64,000 nucleotides of DNA from Ascidiella aspersa (lineage: Eukaryota), in the NCBI GenBank assembly GCA_963924565.1, contig OZ004610.1, positions 9,672,001 through 9,736,000 on the forward strand, in the 5' to 3' direction. Positions 1 to 15,700 of the stretch are shown piece after piece (position 1 is the first letter of the stretch; each line of letters starts with the position of its first letter). The position numbers and the translations under genes are program-made. The notes beneath the pieces were generated by a model, which was not told the DNA's origin, did no database searches, and saw only the letters and a list, made by a program, of their open reading frames with translations.

Positions 1-1044
1 TTTAGTATTGTGTGTGCAAGTCTCGCCTGTTATAAGGCCTTCTGCTTCTAGTTCCTGCAGGATTGCCTTTGATCTCATTCTCTCCCTACCAGCACTTTTG
101 GGGTTGAACTGTGTCCCAACTAGTTCAAAATCTGGGGTTAAGATATGGGTCCATATCAGCTAATTCTACTTAAAATAAACACAGCAAAAAATAACATAGT
201 TCAAGTATGCATGCAAGAAGATTCACTAAATAAACTACCACCATTTCTATAGTTTGTATATCTCCACTACTATGCATGCAATATTTAGAAACTTTACAAA
301 ATCATGGTAATTTACTTGGGGTGGATGGTCGTTGATGGTTTTCAACATCTTTTATTAAATGAGGATTGGAGTCCTCAGTTATTATGTCGTCTGTGCTGCT
401 AAAATCCTAAAATAAAGTGTTTAATAATTTGTTAGAGCCGTACGAGAAATTCACTTTCAACGTTAAGATAAAACATTGGCTACCATTTCTTCTATGCCAC
501 TGTCTCTGCTTTTTGCTGAAGTTGCTTTCGGACCTCCAACTTGGATTGCATTTTCTTCATTAGCTACGATTTGATCAGAAGATGACACCTTAATTTTTTT
601 GGATTTTGCACTTTTACTTCTCTGAAAGTTGTTAATAAAATGTTCAATGAAAAAGTTGTAGTTAAAACTTTTTAATAAAATCAAAAAAGAGAAGCCAGGT
701 AAAGAAACCTTTTCAAGGAAAATTTTTCCCCTTGATTTGCTGTGGAATAAACTTTTTGTACAATCTTCGTCAATATACTTTAGAAAGTATTACATTTGTT
801 TATTGAAATACGCATTCCTATTTTACATGATAATATAGTAAAATAACAAGTTTTTGTTAAACAATAAATTCTGAACCGTTTTTTTTCTGAAAAAAAGGCC
901 AGGCCGAGTATGCTGCTAGTTTACACTTATTTTGATTTTCTATTTACAATAGTTGTATATGGACAGTAAGAAAGTTTTACTTACCACTTCACCATCCTGG
1001 ATTTGAATTGCCTTTACTGCATCCTTAGATTGCCCACATCCCAT
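1..1044 (-). CDS. STMND1: Stathmin domain-containing protein 1-like, 5' part (continues beyond window start); N-terminal myristoylation/palmitoylation motif
   Basis: Exons 1044-985 (MGCGQSKDAVKAIQIQDGEV), 621-484, 406-316 and 131-<1, all GT-AG with matching phases (0,0,1). The exon 2 donor (GTAGCC) is weak. The MGCGxS start and RERMRSKAILQELEAEGLI resemble, from memory, human STMND1 MGCGPS and RERQKSSDILEELIVQGII. Confidence 0.65.
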
Positions 1045-1467
1045 TTTTGATGTTGTTTTGCAATGATTAATAAGAGATCTAAATTTCTATAGCATGGAAT
1101 CACTATCAAAACTTAAAGTATGTTATAATCTCAAACACAAAAAAAAACTAAATAAATACAGCCAATTTTGAACATAATTCTATAGGTAATCTTCAAGTTC
1201 TGCTTAACCCAAAGTTGTATATTTATTACACTAATGATGGATGGCTCTTATAGTTGTAATATTAAATTTGAATGGTCAAAAATGAAATAGAATTCAAGTT
1301 TTAAACTAAAAAAACATATATATAGGCTATTTAGGCTTCGGTAAACAAAAAAGTATTTTTTAAGTTTAACAATCACATCAGTTCAATCAGATAGGGAAAC
1401 TCAATACAAATACTTAAAAATATCATATTTTGTGGGTAATCCGTACAGCAAAAAACACAGTACCTAC

Positions 1468-1638
1468 GGCACTGTTCTAATCCTACTACAACAAACATTA
1501 GGTAGGGTGCGGGTTATCTTTTAGGTTTGGTTTGGGTAGGTTAAGCAATAATATTAAATAAAAATACTTGAACCACCCTCACCCAAACACTAACCCAAAT
1601 ATTGTGTTTCAACACTGTGGTAGAATTCTAGACCAGCC
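1468..1638. mobile_element. Degenerate palindromic MITE with GGGTTAG/CTAACCC core
   Basis: G-rich left arm and C-rich right arm (cttgaaccaccctcacccaaacactaacccaaatattgtg) matching the cores at 40590-40720 and 62670-62730. Confidence 0.45.
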
Positions 1639-1738
1639 CTATGCCTACAACAACTAGCATACAGGCCGGACTTAAATTGGGTAAACACATTTTAAAATTA
1701 ATTGTCAAACGATCTATCTTAACATCCATCTTTCCTAC

Positions 1739-2070
1739 CTTCAACTAGCTGCAGTCTTTTATGGAAGAAAACTTGTCTAAACTGGCCTGTCCTCCTTCGC
1801 CTCGCCTGTCTCCGCAGAACGCAGCTGGCAACTGCTGGCTCTTGCCTATAAACGCATATCCCCTTTTACTTTGAGCAGCACCCCCGGGTTACCACAACAA
1901 ACAATGCGCTGTACTTGAGATGGCACAAAAGGCGTCGGACTGATGCAGCCCCAAGACACGAGCGACAATGAAATCACGACACCAGACACCTAAAGTGTGC
2001 CTTTCAGATGTCAGCTGTGTTCATTCAGCGTTATCTGTTGCCAAGGATGTGTTGCTATGCGTTTGTTGAG
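1739..2070 (-). promoter_or_regulatory. Probable non-coding first exon and promoter of the STMND1-like gene, with RFX X-box-like motifs
   Basis: GC-richer island; minus-strand donor AG|GTAGGA at 1739/1738; X-box-like sites GGCAAC 1827-1832, GTTACCACAACAAAC 1888-1902, TCTGTTGCCAAGGATG 2034-2049, GTTGCTATG 2051-2059. Confidence 0.45.
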
Positions 2071-2598
2071 GCATTGTTAAAATGCATTCATGCGCAACGG
2101 TTTCGTTTATTTAATTTTATTCGGGGTTTCTTATATTTGCATTTCTCGTTGTGATTTACAGCTTAGCCTAACAATTCAACCTTATATTATCGGATAATTA
2201 TTTACATATTCTAATGAAATTAACTCAAGAAAGATAGGGTATAACAAAAGCGGCTGGAAATTCAACTGAAACACAACACACTTTTTAACGAGAAGACAAA
2301 ATGAATCTTTAAAAAATATCAAATAGGAATTTTTCAGGCATGAATGAGGTGTGTCGCATCATTTCTGGTCATTTTTTTAATTCATAAATTAAGAAATATC
2401 ATAAGGTTTAACTTCAGCGATCGGACAAAAATAATAAAAAAACTTTCATATTGTAACGGGTAAAATGCTGTGTTATTTGAGCTTGTAAATCCTTTTTGGC
2501 CTACTTAGTTATTTGCTTTTCAACCAACGCGAATTTAAAAACAGGCCACACAGCCGGCTACATAAATATAAAATCACAGATTTGTTTTTGTTCTTAGG

Positions 2599-2890
2599 CA
2601 GTGTTTCTCAAACTTTTTCAGCTTGCGGCACAATTCAAAATACAAGAAGGGTTTGCGGCACACTTTCTACCAAATAAAAATCTTTGGAAAATGCCCTTAT
2701 GGTATGGCAATAGGTGAATAAGATAGATTTTCAGTTTTTCAAAATACAGTGTGCATTTAAGTACATAGCATGCTTATTGGCTTGTAGGCCTAATATAAAT
2801 AGTTAATTTCCCTAAATTAGAAAACAAAGTACAGGAATCTATCGAAGAACACGAATACTGTATGTCGTGGCACGCAGTTAAGGATCGCTC
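2599..2890 (+). mobile_element. hAT-type MITE, GCGGCACAC family (degenerate right end)
   Basis: Left terminus CAGTGTTTCTCAAAC, subterminal GCGGCACA repeats, decayed right end gtggcacgcagttaaggatcgctc; related to copies at 20603, 38489 and 56393. Confidence 0.55.
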
Positions 2891-3541
2891 CGCTTTTCAT
2901 GTTATTTACTCATTATTAAAAATGTGCTTTAGGTTAGCGCTTTTCAACTTTTTTTTAAGGATAGGCCTACGTGCTTTTTTTCATGAAATAAGTAGTGATC
3001 TCATTACAACAAACACGTAACCTATTAACAGTGTTGTTCAGCCTTTAATGCATTTTATATGATGAAAATGGTTGGCGTTCAGAAGTCAAACAGATTTAAA
3101 ACGATTTTCGTTATGCACACGTGCCACGGTTGAACTGACTGACAAAATTGAGACTTGCAGACTTGATCACAAAAGTAAGTGGCTGGTAAGGACAAGATGC
3201 TTTCCTCAAACATTTCTAATATTACGTTTTCTCTGCACACGTTTATGACATGGGAATCATCTTTCAAATGACTTTAACAGTCTAAGATGGCTAATATAGC
3301 CAGGTTAGATTCTACGATTTTTGGTGGGCGAGCAATGAGTATTTTCTAAGATGACGTCACACATTCACGCCAGCATGACATCATGATGGAAGTAACCTAA
3401 AAAAACTCACTGTTCTTGGTAAAACTCGTGTACAATGTGCGACTGATGTCCCAATACCGAGATTGGCAAAGCGTTATCCGAGATTGGCAAAAGCGTATTT
3501 CAATTGAACAAAATTTTAAATTAGAACAAGGGTGCTTAAAA

Positions 3542-4506
3542 CACTAGAATTACCAGTGCGGTCATTTTGACCGTTTTTGATTTTCAATCGTTTATATCTC
3601 CGCTTAGGTAACTGTTAGAATATTGAAACAAACTTCCTGACTTTTCCTAAGTCTAGGTCACCTTTTGGTATGTAAATTTTTAGTTTATTAGAATAACCAC
3701 AGTATGAGAGAGGAATCGATTTACCTTAAATTACCGCCAACGGTCATTTTGACCGTAAACAAATTCTAATTCCTCCACGAATTATATCGCCTTAAACGAT
3801 AGCTATTTGTGTCGCTATTATTTTTAAACAACCATGGAACAATTGCTGCAGTAGCTGGTAACAGTTAGTCATATGTTAGTTCATAATTTTGACTCAACAA
3901 TTCTTATCCAAATTCGATGGTTGACGGAAGCAGAAAGCGAAAGTAATTCCAAACTAATGTGGACTTTCAACAAAATAAAATGCAAAAATGTGTTATGGAT
4001 GCTGTAGATTAGATTCCGGATAGTGTATAACTTGTGTGAAACTGAATGTGTAGATTGCGCTAAGCGCTGCTAATTTTTTGGTTCTTGTATACCTTGGATA
4101 GCTATTTGTGGTCCCTGTGACAAGCAGTATAATAAAAATGCCTGTTTGATATTTTTAACCCAATTCAAAACTTATTGTTTTACAATCAATTTCAATATTC
4201 ATGTTAGTTGTAAAGAAAACATACAAAAACAAATTCTCCTTACGCAGCTAAAAAGCAGGTTGAAAGCCAACAACGCATCAATTCGTAGATATGGCTTCTA
4301 AAGTATATTTCAGAACATGATGTTATAATGGAGCCTACAGCGTATTAATCTAACACTTACAAAGGTTAAGGTCGCTCAATAGTAAAGGGGACTTATAGAA
4401 TGAAATAAATCTAAATTATTACGACTTTTTTTTCTTTATTATACAAACGGTCATTTTGACCGCTCGCGGTAATTCTAGGTGTGTTCACCGCGCGGTACTT
4501 CTAGTG
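3542..4506 (+). mobile_element. Non-autonomous DNA transposon with CACTAG termini, piggyBac-like (copy 1)
   Basis: TIR CACTAGAATTACC...GGTACTTCTAGTG, internal palindromes CGGTCATTTTGACCG, TTAA on the right flank (left flank TTAAAA); colinear second copy at 61596-62309. Confidence 0.65.
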
Positions 4507-4721
4507 TTAAACTAATGTTAGTGGACCCTTTGGGGTTTAGATTAACTTATAATACGAAATTTATAAATTTACTTATAACGTTATAAGAAGATTTTTTCCA
4601 GGGTATTTAGGTTACAATTTGCTTTGGCGTTAAAAAGTTTCCTCCATTTGTTAACCTATAGGCTACTCTTTTTTGATAATTTTACCTTTCAAGGTCGGGT
4701 AGTTGAAATGACTCAATAATT

Positions 4722-4824
4722 TGGTATCGGATCGGCACCGATACCACCCTAGTAACAGACGATTACCGATACTACCACTTGGTATCGGGTATCGGCTTCG
4801 ATCCGATATTATAGTACATCCCTA
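4722..4824. repeat. MITE fragment, GGTATCGG/CCGATACC motif family ending in CATCCCTA
   Basis: Repeated ggtatcgg and ccgatacc motifs; related fragments at about 43260-43330 (reverse) and 48310-48348. Confidence 0.5.
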
Positions 4825-5031
4825 TAAAAACAGCATATTCGATTCCACTGGTGGTACTCTAGCTCCAGAGTTTAATGGCCCTATATGATAAGCAAACGCA
4901 GGTAATCTTTATCCTATATTTATCATTCTGTGCTACGTGGTTATAGCCGTTAAAATTTTAGTTTCTCCTGTTGCAGCGTATCGGTTCTGCGGTGGTGAGC
5001 AAAAAATAGTGCGACAGATTTTGAATACGTA

Positions 5032-5037
5032 TTTATT
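5032..5037 (-). terminator. Candidate polyadenylation signal of GFUS
   Basis: AATAAA on the minus strand about 120 nt past the GFUS stop codon. Confidence 0.45.
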
Positions 5038-5155
5038 CCATATCGATAATTGTGCAACCAATAAAATATATTTTTTAATTAAATTTCATCAACTCTTTAA
5101 TCCATTTCTTGGGCGTTGGTTTTCGAATGCAATTGGAATCCACGGAGTCGAGGCT

Positions 5156-9818
<4,663 letters not shown>

Positions 9819-10389
9819 TACGAAAACTATTGCTTAGTAGTTAAATGGTAAAGGTGGGAATTGCCTATATCTGAGTATTGGTGCTTGCTGTGGGATACAA
9901 TCAACAAAAGGTGATGGATCTGAGATTTTTATCTCAGTTATATCTAACGGACAGTTTCTATTTTGCTCATTTTACAAAAAAAAACAATAACTATACTATA
10001 CTAAGTGTTTATGATTCACAGTTATATCCAACGGGGAAGATCATTTTAAAGCCTTTAAAATCTTATTGGTTTCTGTAAAAAACTAAAGTCATTTAACACC
10101 TAAACTAAAGCTTATCTGTGTCTTGAACCATTCAGTTAAATTGGGCAAAATCTATAAATATTTGCGAAAACCACCAGAGCCGTGTATTCACCATTCGCGT
10201 GCTATAGATAGAATAATAACACCCTTCAGGTCCTAATAACAGACAATCAATATAATGTGTAATTACTTGCGGTACCCTGGACGTCCATGAGTAAGGCCCG
10301 TGTCGTGGAAAAGTTTCAAGATACTCTGTTTAAGCGCCTGTGTTTGCTTTTTTTAAATCGAAACCCGTGACTCAGTTTCTAAAGCCATT

Positions 10390-10840
10390 TACCTGCATTG
10401 AACAAAACTGGTTTAAATCTTTTAGTGTCAAACACTGCCAATCCTGCTTAATGCGTTAGTCTTTCCGTTTAGACAAAAAAAATTGCCCACTGCGCAAAGC
10501 CAAGCACAACCTGTAGCGTTGACTGGTTTCGAATTTCACTAGCACCCATTTTATAATCCAACTTTCACAATCCACGTGTACAGTGCGTAATTGCCGGTCC
10601 CGGCTTTTCCGTCGTTTTATGAAACTCGACTGAGTCGTTCGCGTTAGACATGCCGCCGCCCGAAGGCCTCGCTATATTATTTCGCTGCGCCTCTATTATG
10701 CAAGTGCGCGACAAAACGCCTGCGGCCGAGTTTTGCTGGATATTAGAAGACTTTCCGCGCCAAAGTTTGATTGCTTGCGAAAAGCCGCAAACCGGTTCGC
10801 CGATCCGTAAATCGTGTTCCGCGAAATCGACCTAGTGTCT
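10390..10840. promoter_or_regulatory. CpG-rich putative promoter upstream of GFUS, possibly bidirectional
   Basis: CpG-dense island 0.6-1 kb upstream of the GFUS ATG; possible minus-strand donor CAG|GTAAAT near 10393; E2F-like TTTCCGCGCCAAA at 10752-10764. Confidence 0.35.
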
Positions 10841-11144
10841 AGCACAGAAAGGAAACAGTGTTTGGCATTTGGATGCCGGCTTATTTACCGAATAGCGAAA
10901 ACACGAACTCTTATCAAACATACGCACCATAAAAGGTTTCTGCTCATTTTCGTCTTGATACAACTTTTCGTTTTCATATACATGTGCGTTGTCCGTGTCT
11001 AGGAACCTGTAGAACTGATTAAACCAAAAGAACAGTGCTCGTGATAATTTAAACAACCTGACTTTAGGTATTGTGTTTAAACATGTTTTCATCGTTTGGG
11101 GGTTAAATTCCTTAAATTAAGTTGGCTTAGTTATTTGTATAAAT

Positions 11145-11406
11145 GACTTGAGCAGGATTTCGGACACAAGCATTTTTCTGCTGAGATATTGCTTTTAAGC
11201 CATCTATATATCCCAATTTTAATAGTTCGTTTTATTTTTTGATAGCCATAGTTTGACTGGTAGTTGACTTGCAAAACCAAAAATACAAGGATTGGGCCTT
11301 TACTTGGACAATTATTTGCTAGGACTGGAACCTGATTTGCGATTTGTTATATAAACGACTTGACTTGGACTTGGATCATTTCAAATTGGTTTGTTTAACA
11401 ATGCTG
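11145..11406. repeat. MITE fragment, GACTT(G)/AAGTC motif family
   Basis: Repeated gacttg/gacttgga motifs; related fragments at 18330-18425 and 34911-35390. Confidence 0.5.
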
Positions 11407-12654
11407 AACAAAACAGGCCAGAATAAGACTATAAAGAACAGAAAGTATACGAAACGTTTAATAACGCTAATCTGTTAACCTATTTTAACTGCATCGATAG
11501 GTCACAATTATTACCTTTTAGGTCCATTTAATAGTTATACGGTTAAACAACTTGTTGTGTGAACTGCATTCGTTAAACATAGCACAATAAAAGATGTATT
11601 GCGTTGACCCATCGAACCTATAGTAGGCCGGAGTGAACAAATGGGCGTAAAAATTTCAGCCACAAATAGGCACATGCAATTTTATATTAATCTGAACTTG
11701 TAAAATAGCTCATTGGAAATCCGTGCCACAAGCCGTTTTAATGCATGTACTTTGCATATTTTCGTTAACTTCAGTGCTTAGGGGTAAATATAGCAATTCG
11801 TTTGAATTTGCACGTTTGGGTATGTTTGTATTGGTTGAGCAACTCCCGAGTATTTTTATGAACTCATATTGACCACCTATGTAAACAACTTTCTCATGCC
11901 TTTTTATCTATTTTATAAGAAGTCTTTTAAAAATTTGATTTTGTTTGCGCAGCCAAACGAAATGTTAGCCAAATCGTTAAAAATGCACAGAGCTTCAGTG
12001 GAACCAGCTTTAAGCCTGACCAACACAACGTCGTTTGACTTGTCGCCAGAAACGTCACCAGCAGTACGCATCAGGTAACGACTAAAACATACTGCAATTT
12101 TAAACATTTTACTCAGCTCTAAAGTCATGCCAGGCCGTGTAAATATTCGTTTCATCTCGGAAATATTTGGTGGAATTCATTTTGGAAAATATTGCGTTTT
12201 CTTGTCTGTTTACAATAAAAAATACAAAAAATACTGTAATATGTAGTATTGTAGTATATTGTTTACCTATTTAAAAAATTGTTATCTTGGAAAATGCAAC
12301 GATTGATGATTTCGCAATGCAAGGCCGAGATACGTCAAAAAGTCAGAAATAAGTGACGTAATAATTAGTAGTGACGTCACTCGAAAAGCGTGCTTGATTT
12401 GGCGGATGTCGTTTCATAACTTATACTCTTTTTAGTTGCTTTTTCCGTTGCATTGTCGCCATGACGTCATATATCGCCTAATTTAAAAAAACAAATATAT
12501 ATTTGACCGACACATGACGTCATCTTTTTACAATACGTAATTAAAATAAATATTTTTTCCTCTCTGCCCCCATTTTTGGATCCGATCCTGGATTTGGGGT
12601 CTACCCTGTCTGAACCTTTGAATTTCTTGTCTAGATCAGGCGTGAAAACGCGCA

Positions 12655-12785
12655 ATGGCATGTTTCCTTCGACAATCATTCTGGCAGCGGCGGCCACACC
12701 CCGTCTTCTCTCCAGGGCGAAACAACACTGCAGCCGAAAAACGCTTCGCAAAGGTTCCTACGAATGCTCAGAACACCACAACCAC
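12655..12785 (+). CDS. Candidate distal upstream exon of the RGS gene (reading frame uncertain)
   Basis: Consensus donor CAC|GTAAGT at 12785/12786, acceptor-like tttcttgtctag at 12634, and ATGs at 12655, 12660 and 12766 region with open frames up to the donor. Confidence 0.3.
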
Positions 12786-15700
12786 GTAAGTGACATAACG
12801 TGTAGGGTGGCAAATATATATCGTCTGTTTGGTTCAACTTGTAATTGTTCATTGATGAGTCTCTTTATTTTCGGAGTTGATTGGGGTTTTATTGGACCTT
12901 TAAAACGATTGATTTTTTTGTTCAACACTTTTTCAAGGTTGCGTTTATGTTTGATAACCGTTATACACACTTATACAGGGTTAGCATTCTGTGATTATTT
13001 CCAAGATTTCTGCTTATTTCGTACGGTGTATTGAAAACACCAATGTGTTGTTTTTTTAAGTTTTGTGCTTCAAGTTTAAGTTTTTCTTTAACTTAATCGT
13101 TTGACTAAGGAATAAGAAACTTCATACGGGTCGTGACCACCCAAAACTGTATTTTATGCAAATTTCACTATGTAATATTGTATTTTTTTTTCTGTTTTGG
13201 TTGGTTTGACAAAAGTGATTTGCTAAAGTCAATTCAATTTTAAAACTGACCATTTAGTTTCTTGTGAGTAATATTTCTCTTGAGAGCAACTATGTCTTGC
13301 TTCTATAAGCATTAGGAAGCCAATTGAAAAACCTTTTTAAAACTGTGGCAGTTCCTCATTTATGAACTGCAGAATTTTACCAGAAGCATCACGTGAAAGC
13401 TTGTATTAAAGTGCTTCGAGTTTTAAATTACGACGTCATCACAAAGCAAAGTGCTTATTTTTGGTCCCGGAAGATGGTAAAACCCTGTTATATCCGAAGC
13501 AATTATAAACTTGAAGCCAGGCATGTTAGGTATGCTCATCGATTTGGAAACTGGAAAGCACGCGTAAAGCACAATTAGCCTCCCTATAGTGCCCACAGTC
13601 GTTTTATTCTTTTCGCTAATCTCCTTATTTCGCCATAGGCTACAAATATATTTTTGAGTCACACATTCTTAACTCAATAAACATTCCGTATGAGTTGTAT
13701 TTTATGGCAGGCTTGGGTATGAATCTTGGACGAAATTCATTGCCGAGCTGGTTTCTAATTGCTTACAATTTGTAATTGACAATTTTTAGTTCCTTGTTAT
13801 TCGATGAAACAATTTTCAGAGTGGCAGAGATTTTTGTTTTATAGCTGGGTTCCAGATGTCTTTAACCGATCCACAAATATGGATAGCTTCAGGTCGGATT
13901 ATTGTCTTCCTTCTTCGGTTTTCAAACCGAGCAGTATGTGTTTGTTATCCTACTGGCCTGTGGATGCTAGAACCTTTATTATAAGTGCATGAATCATAAA
14001 TAAAATAAAAAGCTTTGGTAATTTAAATCAATATTACTAAATCTGTCACCACTCAAACCCAAACGCTAACCCCAACTAAATCAAAATGATAAAAATGATA
14101 AGCCTATATTCCCTGGAAAATATAAATAAATGGGATGCCAATGACGAATTAGTAAAAACTCATAAGTAGTTATATGGGCCGAAAATTTATTTTCGGGACA
14201 TATCTTGTTTTTGCCGTTATTCTTTACTGGTGCTTGGTATGTTTCCGACCGATTTTATTTTAATTTGGTTTTATAGAGGGACTTCCTAAACCCAATGGAT
14301 AAAACAAATCACTTTATGCCTCACTAGATTAACGTAAATTGTATTGGGTATCGAATTTGAAGACTTGCACCTAACTAGGGTTGAGCAACAGCCTATCTTT
14401 GTAGTCAAATGAATAAGAGGGAAAGAATGACTTGGTAACATCAAGCCATATACTAATTATAATTCAGTTTTCTACCACACTATCATATATTTACCGTTAG
14501 ACTTAAAGGTCAATGAAGTAAGATTTTAGCCCGACTTGAAGGCATGCAATGTAGTTGGATCTGGTAGGCTACTTTAATTTGTCAGGGTAAAATATTAAAC
14601 ATAAGTTTACAGGAAAACGCGATGGAAAATTCGGAGGATTGTGCACTTTATATCGTTTATCTTTCATTTATTATTATAGAATACAGAGTACCCAAAAAAG
14701 TGTTATATGAAAAAAATTAAACGTTATATGCCAGGGATACTGATAGTTGTCAAGTTTGGTGGATTAGGAGTACTGCCCCGGTTGTTATATTCCCGGTATC
14801 ATTTGACCCACTATCTATTTTGTTGAAGAGCACCACAATGCACGTGTCTGCTGATCTTAACTGCCATTGGTCGTGCCGACCGTCCTTCTTCTGGTCACGC
14901 TTGACCGCACGCGATCGCTGGCACGTGACGCGCCAGCATTGTTGTGGAACAATAGCGCGGCAACGCATAATGGAGTGTGTGTGGTTTTCAGCTACGACAT
15001 AGTGCGCCTTGAAAACACAGCTCTACTATAACTTTACGTCTTGCGCTGTTTTATCGCTTGCCCGCGTCTTTCGCGGAATTCGTGCACCATCTTAGAAACG
15101 TAAACGTGAGCGGCATAATACCAACCTGCGCCTACTTAAGGACATGACAGCGCCAGTAATATTTTGCTTGAAAATATGTCGCTGCAAGTTGTTCGTTGTC
15201 ATTTGTCAGTTGTCAGTTTCAACTATCCGCCAGTTTAAATTTAAGCGGTCGGAAAAGCTATACCGTGCAATCGTATGCGATTGAATAGCTGGTTTAAATC
15301 AAGATATCAGTGCTGATATGGTATAGCGGTACGCAGCAGTTTTGTCTAATCAAAAACAAAAAATGTGTAACTTTTTTTAAGAATAAATTGTTGACAAATT
15401 GTGACTCAAAGTTAGTTATCTCGTGTTCACCGATCGGTAATGGTGGAAGTGAAATTCAAGCCTAAGCATTTCAAATTCTTTTGTCCCTTAGGGCGATTGA
15501 AAAGTAAAACTGTGGCGGGCGCGCAAAGTTGTGGCCGCTGTCTGTGTCTCGCTTGCGGGAGAGGCAGCCAGTTTACAATTGGCGGGCCTCTGATTTAATT
15601 ATAGGTTTCTGCCATAGCCTTCGCATCAGTAGGCCTCGCGAGGCGTCAATTACAAATAAGATTTGGTTTAGGGATGATGTGTAAAGACAACGGACTAGCG

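Noticed and set aside
14992-15106. Possible non-coding exon (ttttcag ... AAC|GTGAGC)
   Set aside because: Splice-like motifs alone are insufficient without transcript data.
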